Both the position numbers and the translations under genes were made by a program. 64,000 nt of DNA from NCBI RefSeq assembly GCF_001194135.2, contig NC_068988.1, positions 16,668,596 to 16,732,595 on the forward strand. Reading direction: 5' to 3'. The DNA comes from Octopus bimaculoides (lineage: Eukaryota). This document shows positions 1-13,799 of the stretch, in pieces. Numbering within the stretch: position 1 is the stretch's first letter; every line of letters begins with the position of its first letter. Below the pieces are notes generated by a model that was not told where the DNA came from, ran no database searches, and was given only the letters and a program-made list of their open reading frames with translations.

Positions 1-594
1 TATATATATATATATATATTATTTTAAACGCCTAATACATTCAACGCGACTTTCGAAGAGCATTCGAAAATATAACCATTAGATTTCTCAACTAAATCAG
101 TTTATAGAATAATAATCATATTACAATAAAAACGTTAACCTTAAGACGATGCCTACTCTATTTTTCACATATTGAATATTGGTTCAATTGGAAAATTCTT
201 ATTACACTGAGAATGCGATTCCTATCTCTTGATCAATAATTGCTGATCAGTTTGGGACTATTAAATTTGCCTGTGGAAAAACAATTGAGTCTTATTAACA
301 TTCTATGTTTAATTAGTTAGTACGCTATACGTATAAGAGTTTCTTTTCCCGTGGAGTTATTATGGTTCAGATAAATTCAACTACGGTTAATGATATTTTA
401 TTTGTGCCAGTAATAATCAAATGATAAGCTTGTATGGAAATTTTTATTAATCTCCAGTGAAATGTAAATACAATTAAAGAGGGTTAATAAGTTCATTAGG
501 ATTCAACTGAGCCTCAAATATCTTTCTGATATTTTACGGCATCAGAATTTGGCTAAATGTAATCTTAAAAAAAAAAAAAAGTTTCTCAAGAATA

Positions 595-735
595 GAACGG
601 TGGGTTGGCAGAAATGGTAGAGTGGTTTGAAAATGCTCTCTTATATATTGTAGGAGATCTTTATGTTCCCTGTTGAAATCCTGGTCGAGTTCAATTTTGC
701 TATTTCTTTATTCGAGGTCTATAAAGTAAAAGAAT
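595..735 (+). mobile_element. Diverged tRNA-derived SINE, family C (my label)
   Basis: GGTGGGTTGGCAGAAATGGTAG head and TTGAAATCC...TTTTGCTATTTCTTTATTCGAGGTCTATAAA body align by eye with the reverse complements of the copies at 16691-16900, 31751-31955 and 58361-58485. Confidence 0.55.
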
Positions 736-3295
736 CAATGATGGGTAAAGCAGTCCTAATTAACCGGTTTTACTTTCCCTTCAAAACGTGTAGCTATGCG
801 TTAAGCTTAGAATCATAACTGCAAAATCTGAAATGTGGATAATATGCATGTTTCGAAAGCATATTATTCAATTCCTGTATGCGTTTCCTTAGACCAGAGC
901 CTTCTACTATTGACCAATTTCTAGACAGAAACTCCACTATTTCTGTATGGAAAAACTTTACTAATCAATATGTGATGGTATAATAAGTACCTAAGAACTG
1001 CCGCCGATATAATAGACACAAATCCATGAAGGTAACTACCCTGCACCCAACCCGCATATCACCAGTCCACATAGACTCATGCCAGTCAAAATATAACCTA
1101 TTAACTAAAGAGGTGAAATCATTTCTCATAATTATGTAGTTATTTTAACCCGACACCAGTGTAACCTCTGACAAGAAAATTAGATATTTCAGTCATGCAA
1201 AGTAATATAGAACGTCATAATTTTCAGGAAATTTCAAAATATGTCTATGATGCAGGAAGTAATCAAATATATTAGTAAACATAATATTTTTCTTCTCTGT
1301 AGTCTTAAAAGTTATACATTTGGCTGCAATATCTTAATTATCTAAATACTGGCGAAGCATAGCTTACACACAAATTAATCACATTTGCCTAAATAGCATT
1401 TTCAGAATAATAGTTTCCAAAGTTTTTTCACTGCAGGCAATTGTAACACATATTATACTTTCATATTTTAATAAATCTATTTACGTGATCTTATCTGATT
1501 CAATGGCGCATATTCCTGTTGATCTACCTGATGGCAAAATTGCTTCCCTTTCAGATGTAGCTTTATGTAGCTTTATCTAATCCCAACACACTAATTTAAT
1601 GGTAGCTATCTCATTCGGCTTCGATCTATAAAACCCTTTCATCTTTCATTCTTCTAATATCGAAACGTGAGAACACAGACACGCACACATAAATTCAAAT
1701 CACACGCACGCTTATACTCATGTACGTCTGTTTCATTATTCTTTCATCGTTCAAGCATGTGTCACTTATCTCCCTCACTAACACAAACTGTACGTGTGAG
1801 CGTATATGAAAGCCTGCATGTTTTAATGTGAGAATGGAGTTAAAGAGAGAGAGGTAGAAAGAAAGAGAGAGAGGGAGAGAGAGAGATGGATTCTAAGAAT
1901 GGTGTTCAATATTTCAGTTTTATTACCGAGTATCATGAACATGTTCACATCCACACTCACAAGCACATTCACAAGCCCTATATGTATGTGTATATATATN
2001 NNNNNNNNNNNNNNNNNNNNNNNNNNNNNNNNNNNNNNNNNNNNNNNNNNNNNNNNNNNNNNNNNNNNNNNNNNNNNNNNNNNNNNNNNNNNNNNNNNNN
2101 NNNNNNNNNNNNNNNNNNNNNNNNNNNNNNNNNNNNNNNNNNNNNNNNNNNNNNNNNNNNNNNNNNNNNNNNNNNNNNNNNNNNNNNNNNNNNNNNNNNN
2201 NNNNNNNNNNNNNNNNNNNNNNNNNNNNNNNNNNNNNNNNNNNNNNNNNNNNNNNNNNNNNNNNNNNNNNNNNNNNNNNNNNNNNNNNNNNNNNNNNNNN
2301 NNNNNNNNNNNNNNNNNNNNNNNNNNNNNNNNNNNNNNNNNNNNNNNNNNNNNNNNNNNNNNNNNNNNNNNNNNNNNNNNNNNNNNNNNNNNNNNNNNNN
2401 NNNNNNNNNNNNNNNNNNNNNNNNNNNNNNNNNNNNNNNNNNNNNNNNNNNNNNNNNNNNNNNNNNNNNNNNNNNNNNNNNNNNNNNNNNNNNNNNNNNN
2501 NNNNNNNTATATACATATATACATACATACATACATTCATACATATATACACGCGTACATACACACGTGTATTTAAATAGGCATCTAGTATTGGAGTGAG
2601 TGTATTTGTATTTCAAACCACTATTTAAAATATTTGCTTCTATAGTGATAACAAACGCCAACGATATAGCCAAAAATTTATTCATAGTGTAGATATAATG
2701 GATATCCTATTCAGTCGTTGATGGTCTACTCAATATGATGTCAGATATTCATAGATATTAATCCATAAAGCGTTCGGTTTTCACGAATTATCTACTGTTA
2801 CTTATCAATATGTTAAATGATGCTTTTGAATATAATCTCTTGAATAATAGCAAATAGCAATGCAGAATGTCGCAGTAAATAGCCGAGGGATATGTTCCGC
2901 TGCAATCTGTTCGTGTTGTTTGAACATTTATCTACGGCTTGTTTGAAATTTGATATTATTATTGTCATTTCTGAAGTTATAATCCTTCAGGATAAAAATA
3001 TGATAAACATACCTTTATAATGATTGATAAAATTCACTCGTAAATGTTTCCTGCAAATACTTGTATAAAACCTAACAAATAAAACTAAGTTGATAAAATT
3101 ACCTTCAATTAGAAATATGGGCAAATTGTGAACATCAAGAGAAAGTAGGTTACATACTCTACACTTCTGTTACGAAAATAAGTGTGCTGTCTCCAATACT
3201 CGTTGACATATCTTTACCTCAACGAACGCTGTGAACACTCTTCACCGGTAAACTTGTGTATTTTTGTATATATTTTAAGCACACACACACACACA

Positions 3296-3334
<39 letters not shown>

Positions 3335-5585
3335 CTGTTATCTTTATTAGTTGTCAGTTAAAATAAAGAGTGATGTTTTTGAAACTTTAAGATCGACAAA
3401 AAGTAAAGGAACAGAAGTGCTTTACGTTACATGATATACTTCATCGGGAATCATTAATAGAGCTATTATTTCATGTAGAAAGCTAGAAACACAATTGAGA
3501 ACTGAAATGGGAATAATAATATAAGATATTCTTAGAAATAAAATAGCAAAATTAGACGTTAGACACAGGAGATGCCATATATTTTCCTGGCAGTTTATAG
3601 TGATCCCCAGTAAGCAATAATCTATGTTGCTAAAGCATTTTGTAATTCTATTGAATTCTATGGTAAGGCAAATGACATTAGATAATCTACGATTTTAACT
3701 TTACACGAAAACATCACATTGGTTCATAAACGTGTAAGAAAGGCGTTAGATTACATTTTATAGTAGATTTATATATTTAAGTATTACAACTATTTAAATG
3801 TGAACCCTGAATGTACATGACAATATCAATCATTGTTACATGCAAGTACTATTTGTTCAATTTTTATTACAAAAACGTAACTGATTTTATTCATTTCAAA
3901 TAAACTCAGGAACCTGTCATGCGATATTAATTTAATCTACGTCCTGTCTTCAAATCTGCTGGGGTAAAATTTTATTTCCGTTTAGTATTGGATTCGATTT
4001 GATCAATTAATAAATGTATTTCCCATGGTGATACTCCTCCTGGGAGGAATAGTAACCCTTAAATATTTTAAACAGACAAATAAGTGTTGTGTACAGAGCC
4101 ATAGTAACTCTTATACGTATATCGTATTAACTAATTAAACATAAAATGATAATAAGATTCAATTGTTGTTCTACTGGCAAATTTAATAGTCCCAAACCGA
4201 TCAGCAATTATTGATAAAGCAGAATAGGTATCGACTTAGGGTTAACGTTTTTATTGCAATATGATTATTATTGTGTAAATATATACTGATATAGTTGAGA
4301 AATCTAGTTGTTCGAAAGTCTTGTTGGATATATACTGTTGTGTTTGGAGAGAATTTTCTTTTTGTGCCTTATAATTTAACACACTCACAGGTAAAATTTC
4401 CACTTATTTCTTATTCTTATTTTCCAAAAATTTTCGTTGAGTCTTGCAACCTTTTCAATTGTAAGTAACAGTAGATAATTCGTGAAAACTGAACACTTTA
4501 TGGATTAATTTACTATTTAATAAACAATACACATATAAACCTTTATTACAATCACATTATTTCGCTGGGTATAAAATTCGAAAGATATACCGATACGACC
4601 ATGACTTTAAATTGTACTGACGACTGTTAGCTAGCAAAATATTTGTTTCATGTTAGTTGATGAAATAACATTTAAAAGTCAATGATTAAGCCGCATGGGC
4701 TAAAATTTAACGGTGTCATTAGGCAGGGATGAACCAATATTTGTTTTTAGACTCTCATATACATTTGGATGTTATATTCCTGAAATGGGAATATAAAATC
4801 AAAATATGTTTTCTATTTACAATAGGAAAAACACAAATTATACATCTAGTTTTTGCTTAAAAAGCGCTACAAGTAATTGAAACACAAACACGTTTTGAAG
4901 ACACACAAATACGCATTCATATATATGTGAATTATTTCTTTTAGTTTACGAGTAATCACAAAATTGAGATAGTACTAGGTATTTTGACTATTCCTTATGT
5001 TCTTGCTGTCCTATTCCTTCACATTAACAAATGGGACGAAATAAATAGCAAATGTTTGAAACTTTGTGAAATTTATGATATCAAGCAATGGAAATGGCAT
5101 GCCCTGCTTACGATTCAATTCTTTATTGCTTTCGAGCTACTAGAATTCTGTAGTCGACTTCTACTGGGCTTGAAAATGAATAACGAATAATGTATAATTT
5201 ATTAATAACTTCTGCCATCGTCCACTATCGTCCTGCTAGAATACCGACAGCGTCTAACCAGATATGAGTGGCATAGTATCAATTTAAATAAGGCCAACTA
5301 CAGCTCAGCATGTGATTCCGTCAAGCGTCTGGGAGAGTGTCAAGGCACACACGATACATATTCATCAAAATTTGAAAGAGGAAATACATGTGGTATTCTG
5401 ACAGACAGCAAGACTTTAGATGTAAACCATAAGAAATTTCATCGTGTACGAAAACATTAGACCGATATTTCGAATGAGAAAACTCTTTTTATTTTAATGT
5501 AGTAATATATGTACTAGGTTCGGAAATAAAATATTTAACTGAACACTAATGCATTTCGCTGTATATTAAAGTAGGTGTTATCCTA

Positions 5586-5629
<44 letters not shown>

Positions 5630-6299
5630 TACGACTAAAATCTGAGTTAAAAATTTATATATCTATACATTTATCATGTCTTTTCTCTCAGAAATAGTCA
5701 TTTCTCTTGCATTATATCTAATTTAATTTACTGTCTTTGCTACTTTATCGTCCCTCAGCTCTAAGTCAACTGTAATCGAGGGTCTATATTATCTAATATG
5801 TAATTTCTTTATGAAACAATAGTGTATGGTTTAAGAGAAATTTGATTGGCTATTTTGGCTGACTCAGCGACTGCGCAGACGATCACTTGCTATTTAGCTG
5901 TATTTTTTTTTTTTCAGTTTGCTGTAGGTGGTTGTGGACATATAGATAAGATCTATGAAAGAGTAAATTCATTCATTTAACCAGTGTCTTGTCTCTTTGA
6001 AATGTATCTATCCGTAGTCCTCTTTTATTTATAATGGCTCTATTGTTGTAGAGGAAGCATTTGAAATTCCTATATAACCGAAACATTCAGTGTTAGATCT
6101 AATATACTGTTAGCTGTTTCTTTACCACGCGTGCTGTAGTCTTGTGTCTAGATTTGTTTCATTAACTCTCTCTTCTAAATCTTTTGTCTTGTATTCATCT
6201 TTGTCTTCGTTGCCCTTTTTTTAAGAAAGTAACAACATATAGTATTTAAAGTAGATTATACTCTAACTATCGATCCTCATTTAGTTTTACGCATAACAC

Positions 6300-6690
6300 A
6301 ATCTGACATGCCAATTAACTATCCCCCATAAATTCCATAAAAAAACGATCAATCCATGTGCCGTGTCAATAATCCTAAACGTGGTATATCAAGCATGAGA
6401 CGAATATGGATTTTGTATTTCATAAGGTTCTGTATCTCCTTAAATCATTAAAAAAAGAAACAATTGTAAACAGATTTCATGAAATCTAGACAACATCTAT
6501 AATTACCTCAGTACATTACGCATCTTTATTTTCACAGCCATATCAATGTCCCGTACATATTTTTTTAAAAAATTAACCATCCGCTTCATTTTCTACGTAA
6601 ATGCAATACGGTTCATCCCTCGAACACTATTTTGTTTTATAACTGTATGACTATATCTGCAAATCACATGTTCACGATATCCGTTGCAAA
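6300..6690 (-). pseudogene. Possible degraded hAT (Charlie/SPIN/GTF2IRD2-like) transposase fragment
   Basis: Manual minus-strand translation across stops and frameshifts gives MKRMVNFLKK (about 6570-6590), TEV..MLSRFHEICLQLFLFLMI*G (about 6420-6510) and IDTAHMD (about 6350-6370). Their order and spacing resemble the hAT catalytic-domain consensus K(I/M)VNFI...TEVRWLSRG.(V/M)L.RF.EL..EI..FL..KG...DIT.HLN. Confidence 0.4.
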
Positions 6691-8062
6691 CTTTGCACTC
6701 AATGCAAAACTTCATATATAATTCCTTCATATATAATTCTTTGACTCCTATATAATTCCTTATCTGTTTTCTCCCATTTTCTTAAACAGTTTCTTCGTTT
6801 CCTAAATCGCTTCTAGTTTCTTTATGCAAATACCAGAATCTGACATCTCTTCATGAGTCTCATTATTCTCCCTATCGTCATTTGATAGAGTTATTTCATG
6901 GATTCCTAAGTGATGCAGAAATTAATGGATCATTTTATATGCTAGTTTGCTCTCTCGCTGCTATGAATCCTTAACAATCTGTGAGCTGATTAAGATAACC
7001 ACTTGCTGTTATTTTCTTTTTACTTCGTCAATTACGTTCACATGTCCTCTCTAATATAAATCACCGCTTCTAGTAATTCTATACCAATAGTGTATTGCTC
7101 ATGCAAAAAGCGTATCGCATGAAATGCAATACTGCACGCACTCGCTTAATTGTAAATAAATGCTTAATGATTAGCAAGATTTAGAGGAAAGAAAAAACAA
7201 CTTCACAGAATTGCTCAGTTTCATGAAATATTCAATTCTCTTTGAGCATGCAATAACCAACGTATAAATCAGAAGAGGCCACCAAAGAAACTAAATCGAA
7301 TTAAAACGTTTGTTTTTACCAAACTGAATGATGCGTCAACAGATGAACCTACTGCATTTGAAAGGCATGAACAACAAAAAGAACCGATTTATTTCACATT
7401 AGATTCTATTGTAACTGACCAGAAAAATACAAAACGATAAAAAGCCGCAAAACTAAAGAAAATATATGCAAGTAAAAGTGTATATGTGGTTAAGACTCAC
7501 TTTGGAACAACGTGGTATCGGTTTCAGTCTCAATATGCCGGGTCAAATGTTTTTGCTTTAAACTTCGACTTCATTAAGAAGAGCATGAGTTGCAAGGGAA
7601 TTTGCGCAGAATTATTGATACACTCACATATCCACTCACTAATACCGGGACTAACACACACAAAAGCATTACATTTTTGCTGTGTGTGTGTGTGCGTATC
7701 TGTGATTATTTGCAAAAATCGGCATTTATATTGGGGCAATTCAGCAGTTCGACAATAACCGTTAAAATCGGTAATAGGCAGAGATATATACCAAGGAAAA
7801 TACGATCGTTTCAAAGTGGTGCCTCAGCAAGAACGTAGTCCATAAAATAAACAAATAAGGAAATACTGAGCGAAAGAATTGTGACAAAATAACGAGTAAC
7901 GTTTCTTTCTACGCTCAGATGTAAAATGTTTAATTCTCCTACTTTCATAAAGAAACATCTATTGTCTGAGGCTGAAGTACGTTGCCTATATAAGTATTGT
8001 TAAAATTGTGCTTATTTATCTATCTCTCTATCTGTCTCCGCCTCTCTCCCTCTCTCTCTCTT

Positions 8063-8116
<54 letters not shown>

Positions 8117-8544
8117 TACATATGTATTTGTATGTATATATGTAAGAATTTATAAATGCCTATGCACACACATATACACACAAATTTATATTCATATATA
8201 TATTCGAGAAAAAGCTAATGTCCTCAGAAATATCTAGGATTCCCTACGGATTACCTTCCTCATAATTTTAGAGCGTTGAGTCCATTTATCTAATACACTA
8301 GTATTTGCGGGAAGGTGTAGCGGAAACTATAATAGATTCCAAATGTCACAATGTAATAAATAGCAGTGTTGCAGGAGGGATATTAACTGCTATAATGAAT
8401 CGTTTTATTGCTCATGTAATTTCTAGGTCTTCGGAATTAGCAATTAATGATAATTCCTCCCAAGCAAAATTAATACCAGTTTCGGAAAAATTAAGAGATA
8501 GATCTGAATACAAAACATCACACATTTCCTTCATATTAGAGTTG

Positions 8545-9012
8545 CTAATTATTGAGTGATAATAGCTTTGTTGAATACATTATAGTAACTGAATTGATTG
8601 AAATACGCATACGATATAATGCTGAAAATATAAGATGATGATACTTTAGTGTACCTGATTGACCTCTTCGTTGGAATGCATTTCTTGAAAAAAAAAAGTA
8701 TCTCATAGTGATAGCTGATAGTAATATAACAACTGATCTCTGATTAATATTTCCCCTCCTTAAATTACGTGTTACTGAGTTCAACCGCACTTTTATGAAA
8801 TCTACAAACTCTTCCACAAACATATATAAAACCCCAACCAACGATGTAAGGAAGACTATCTTCGCCCAAGAATAATTACCATGCGATTTTGTAGTTAAAT
8901 TTTGGAATAGATCGGCAGTAGTAAACTGCGCAAGTATCTCATGATGTTTGCAACAATCGGTAAAGAGTGTGTTAAAGTCTTCCGGCGGACGTTCAAAATT
9001 TGCCCTACCATT
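8545..9012 (-). other. Unexplained 155-codon stop-free frame in unique sequence; Bcl-2 BH1-like motif (tentative)
   Basis: The frame is open from 9012 (after a TGA at 9015-9013) to TAG at 8547-8545, extending ORF-track entry 8545..8841 upstream. It reads NGRANFERPPEDFNTLFTDCCKHHEILAQFTTADLFQNLTTKSHGNYSWAKIVFLTSLVGVLYMFVEEFVDFIKVRLNSV... There is no upstream ATG and no clear splice sites. Confidence 0.25.
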
Positions 9013-9134
9013 TCATTTGCTCTTAATTATGAGTAAGCAAGATCAATTCAGAGAATCAAATACAGCTCATTGAATATATACATTTGAGGAGATTAGATAT
9101 ATATATTAAGAATATATACATTTGAAGGGATTAG

Positions 9135-9136
<2 letters not shown>

Positions 9137-9221
<85 letters not shown>
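9137..9221. repeat. (CA)n microsatellite running into a gap
   Basis: Uninterrupted AC dinucleotide run followed by Ns; (TG)/(TATG) resumes after the gap. Confidence 0.97.
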
Positions 9222-9958
9222 NNNNNNNNNNNNNNNNNNNNNNNNNNNNNNNNNNNNNNNNNNNNNNNNNNNNNNNNNNNNNNNNNNNNNNNNNNNNNNN
9301 NNNNNNNNNNNNNNNNNNNNNNNNNNNNNNNNNNNNNNNNNNNNNNNNNNNNNNNNNNNNNNNNNNNNNNNNNNNNNNNNNNNNNNNNNNNNNNNNNNNN
9401 NNNNNNNNNNNNNNNNNNNNNNNNNNNNNNNNNNNNNNNNNNNNNNNNNNNNNNNNNNNNNNNNNNNNNNNNNNNNNNNNNNNNNNNNNNNNNNNNNNNN
9501 NNNNNNNNNNNNNNNNNNNNNNNNNNNNNNNNNNNNNNNNNNNNNNNNNNNNNNNNNNNNNNNNNNNNNNNNNNNNNNNNNNNNNNNNNNNNNNNNNNNN
9601 NNNNNNNNNNNNNNNNNNNNNNNNNNNNNNNNNNNNNNNNNNNNNNNNNNNNNNNNNNNNNNNNNNNNNNNNNNNNNTGTGTGTATGTATGTATGTAAAT
9701 GTGTGCGCACGTGTTTCTGCGTGTGCATATATGTGTATTCGCTGGTATACTTGCAGTCGGATTACAAATAAATTCTATCTACCTTATTTCAGTTCATTGT
9801 TAAAATAACTGTATACTCCATAGTGCGTAGTAATATAAAAAATTTTAACCAATATATATAATTCATTTTTAAAACTTATAAATACATGACGATTAATTAC
9901 CAGTGAGTTCACTGGTAATTAATACCCGTTTTTTGTTTGTTTACAATATTGACAACAT

Positions 9959-10130
9959 AGGTGCAGAAGTGGCTGTGGTAAGTGACTTGCTTATCAACCA
10001 CATGGTTCTGGGTTCAGTCACACTGCGTGGCAACTTGGGCAGGTGTCTTCTACTATAGCCTCGGGCCGACCAAAGCCTTGTGAGTGGATTTGGTAGACGG
10101 AAAATGAAAGAAGCCCGTCGTATATATGTA
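9959..10130 (+). mobile_element. tRNA-derived SINE family A, 5' half (head + CORE-like segment)
   Basis: A-box-like TGGCTGTGG, B-box-like GGTTCAGTCAC and CORE-like ACTTGGGCAGGTGTC. Near-identical to 59594-59760 (ACTATAGCCTCGGGCCGACCAAAGCCTTGTGAGTGGATTTGGTAGACGGAAA). Confidence 0.92.
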
Positions 10131-12068
10131 CTTAATTCAACTGAATCTTAATTATATTTTATGTGTGTATGTGTGATTGTGTGTGTATGTGTGTGAGTGT
10201 ATGTGTGTGTGTGTGTGTGTGAATACATGTACTGCATGTGTGTGTAGCTGTGTGCGTATAGGGTTTATGTAGAAATCACGGTACGTACATACAGGCTTAC
10301 TCTTTTACTTTCATTGTCCGTTTTCCATACTTTTTATAGGGGAATTTTATTAATATAACTTGTCACCCATGCTTTTATAGGATTTCATTCTCCTTTTCTT
10401 CCTCTTTATGTGTTATGCTTGCTATTCCACGTTTTTAATTTATGACTCACTTCTGTGCACGCTTTAAAATCGATATTCTAAAAATGGTCGAAAATGTAAG
10501 TCCTCAAGTTATTACCTGTAACTTTGCTCGTAATTAGGTTGATGGATAGTCTAATTTAACCATTTGTAACTGTCAACCCGGCTTATTCTCTTTCATTTTC
10601 AATGAAGATACATCTCGTTCTCTTCCCTCGTCTATATTTTCATCTCATTTCCCATTACGTCCCAGTTATTTATCTGTATCAGTCGCTTTGTAATTAATAT
10701 CACTTGACAAAACAGCAACACATAGATTGTCAATGGGAAACAATGTTGAATTAATTTCTGTAGTGTTAATTCATGTATATCTCGTTACAGTAAATTTTGT
10801 TCAACAAAAGCATGAATGGTCGTTCTGCTAATAAAAATGTGCTGTCGTATGCCTTTGCATTTAGCATAGCCACACCGCGCATGATGTCATGCTGTTTACA
10901 TTGCCATTTAACGAATTTTACGGTTGAGGATAGATTGAAAGAGAAAAGCACATTGACAGTACGTTTACCTAACAAATTTTAAGGTGGCGAATAGCTTGAA
11001 TATAGAATAATTTCAGTGAAGCTGGTTAGTGCACATTTTGCTAGCTGTAGAATGAAGCATGAGTAATGCAATTTTCGAAACAACGAATAACGAAGGAAAA
11101 TAAATCAAACGATACCCCGGGAGAAAAATAGATGAACGAATCTATTTGCACATTAGAATTCAGGTAGTTCAATGAAGTTGAAATCTGAATGGCCAAAAAT
11201 AATATATAATATATGTAACAAAATAAAAGAATTCCAGCCTGCAGTTCAGATTGTGTGGATTTGCGCCCTACAGAAAAATGTGACATTCTGTTTGATTTTG
11301 TTTACTTACCCACTAACAGAAGTGAATATTGTGTGAAAGAAGAAATAAAACAGAATATATTAGAATTCGTTCTTCTTTTTATTAATCTGTAAACGTTTCT
11401 TTTCTTTTGATTAAAGCTGCCGAATTATCTGTTAAAAAATTCAGTTAACAGTCTTTATTTAATATACTTGACAAAGTTATCAAATAACGTCATGACTTAC
11501 AAAGTCAAAATCTGATTTCAGAAATGAAGTTACCATCACAGAATACAAGCAAATATAAATGTAAGATGGCGTTCCATTTAAAAATATCAATCAACTCTTT
11601 CAATTGCATTAATAAAAAGATTTAAAGTGAATGTTATTTGCTGTTGTTATGTTCTGTAACCAACAAAAATGTACTTTTTGTCTATTATACATATGCCACT
11701 AATAATTAAGACAATTTTATAACTACATTTCAGTGGAAAAAATATGCAATTTGGCCGGCATAATTCACTATGAATTTTGGTCCTGAAAATGTTTCGCAGG
11801 AATATATCTCATTGAATGATAATGGGCTATTAAGGTGTATTAATACAATATTACAAATTACGAATCACGTTCGGTTAGGATTAGTCACTGGAAGGTTTCA
11901 TGTATACCATGTTATTAAAAACGGAAAGCATGATTAAACGGTTATCTTAAATAAAGGTTACTTGGTCATGTCTGATGATTGTTTAATCTATTTGCCCTTT
12001 CCGAAGAACATGATTTATAAGTAACTATCAGGTACCTTTGATTTGCCAAACGCAGTTCGTAATTTATA

Positions 12069-12133
<65 letters not shown>

Positions 12134-12573
12134 NNNNNNNNNNNNNNNNNNNNNNNNNNNNNNNNNNNNNNNNNNNNNNNNNNNNNNNNNNNNNNNNNNN
12201 NNNNNNNNNNNNNNNNNNNNNNNNNNNNNNNNNNNNNNNNNNNNNNNNNNNNNNNNNNNNNNNNNNNNNNNNNNNNNNNNNNNNNNNNNNNNNNNNNNNN
12301 NNNNNNNNNNNNNNNNNNNNNNNNNNNNNNNNNNNNNNNNNNNNNNNNNNNNNNNNNNNNNNNNNNNNNNNNNNNNNNNNNNNNNNNNNNNNNNNNNNNN
12401 NNNNNNNNNNNNNNNNNNNNNNNNNNNNNNNNNNNNNNNNNNNNNNNNNNNNNNNNNNNNNNNNNNNNNNNNNNNNNNNNNNNNNNNNNNNNNNNNNNNN
12501 NNNNNNNNNNNNNNNNNNNNNNNNNNNNNNNNNNNNNNNNNNNNNNNNNNNNNNNNNNNNNNNNNNNNNNNNN

Positions 12574-12610
<37 letters not shown>

Positions 12611-13025
12611 ATATATATATATGTATATATATATTCGTTTTTCAATATTAATATGTATATGTATAACTCCGTAGGGTTTTTTATACTAGTCCACCTGTTA
12701 CGTTATATTCTACTATAAACACGTGGCCCTGTTTATGATACTTTGTATTGACCTGTTACCATTTTTTAAAACATTACCGTTAGCCTTTCATTCGTATTTC
12801 TTGGTTATAGTTTACCACGCATATAGACATGCATACACATTGATGCGTCTGTCTTTTGTCTCTCTTTCGTCTCTCTTACTATTATTATTACTGTTATTTT
12901 TCCCCTTTTACAACTTACTTGTAAATATCCGATTTTTTCCGTATTACCTCATTTGGACTCTCCCTTTTTGTATCTTATTTTAATTTACTTTATTTTATTA
13001 TAGGTTTGTTCATGTCTTTACAAAA

Positions 13026-13136
13026 ATTCCTCACACTGATGAAAATGACAATGCAAAAATTTAATTATAATTCCTATGGTTATATTTTTTTCTTACATAT
13101 TTCTATTGTCCTTTGAAACGCGCGTATTTATCGAAT
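13026..13136 (+). ncRNA. Type I hammerhead-ribozyme-like motif with long loop II, stem I decayed
   Basis: CUGAUGA at 13036-13042; stem II AAAUGACAAU (13043-13052) pairs with AUUGUCCUUU (13105-13114) at 9/10 positions; GAAA at 13115-13118; stem III C-GCGC-G; GUA triplet ends at 13126. Stem I pairs at only about 6/10 positions. Confidence 0.45.
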
Positions 13137-13239
13137 CCTATTTTGTGTTAAATCTAAGTTTGATTCAACATCTTTTTGTCCTCCATTTTTCTATAATTGT
13201 TTATTGTATATTTATACCTATTACGATATTTTCAAGTAA

Positions 13240-13275
<36 letters not shown>

Positions 13276-13751
13276 ATGTAGGTACAGGCAATGAAAGAGA
13301 CAGAGGCAGATACGTGATGGGTTCATATTGGTACATGTAAATTATATCGTTTAATGTGAACCGAATATATAAAAACGGAACGATTATCTAGCAGTCAGAA
13401 AATGTTGAACATGAAACGAACTCTGCAAATAAGTGCTACTCATAAGTAACATATGATCAAATAAGAATCTCTGATTAGATTTCCAATTCAAAACCCAGAT
13501 TTCTTATTTCGTGAATACAGCATTTTGTCAACATGGTATGCGCCAGGTTACTTTTCTCATATTTTCTACATATTCTTTAAGGACACTACAACATATTACT
13601 TCAGTAATTTAATCACATGGTCTTTAATCATCAGTGAATTCTGTAAGCAAAGCGCTAAAAAGAATTTTCTACTTAATATTTACATGTATTTGTGCGCTTC
13701 GAGATCCAATTCCAAAAAAGAATTTTTCACACGCATAGACTCACGCAAAAA

Positions 13752-13752
<1 letters not shown>

Positions 13753-13799
<47 letters not shown>

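Noticed and set aside
7150-7440. About 70-codon plus-strand frame (QKRPPKKL...IYFTLDSIV) weakly like a hAT C-terminal region
   Set aside because: Only a few scattered residues match, and it lies on the opposite strand to the adjacent hAT-like trace; not supportable without an HMM.
6710-9134. Short tandem duplications (15-bp unit at 6710-6739; 25-bp direct repeat at 9072-9096 and 9110-9134)
   Set aside because: Ordinary slippage duplications with two or three units and no spacer diversity; not CRISPR-like or otherwise structured.
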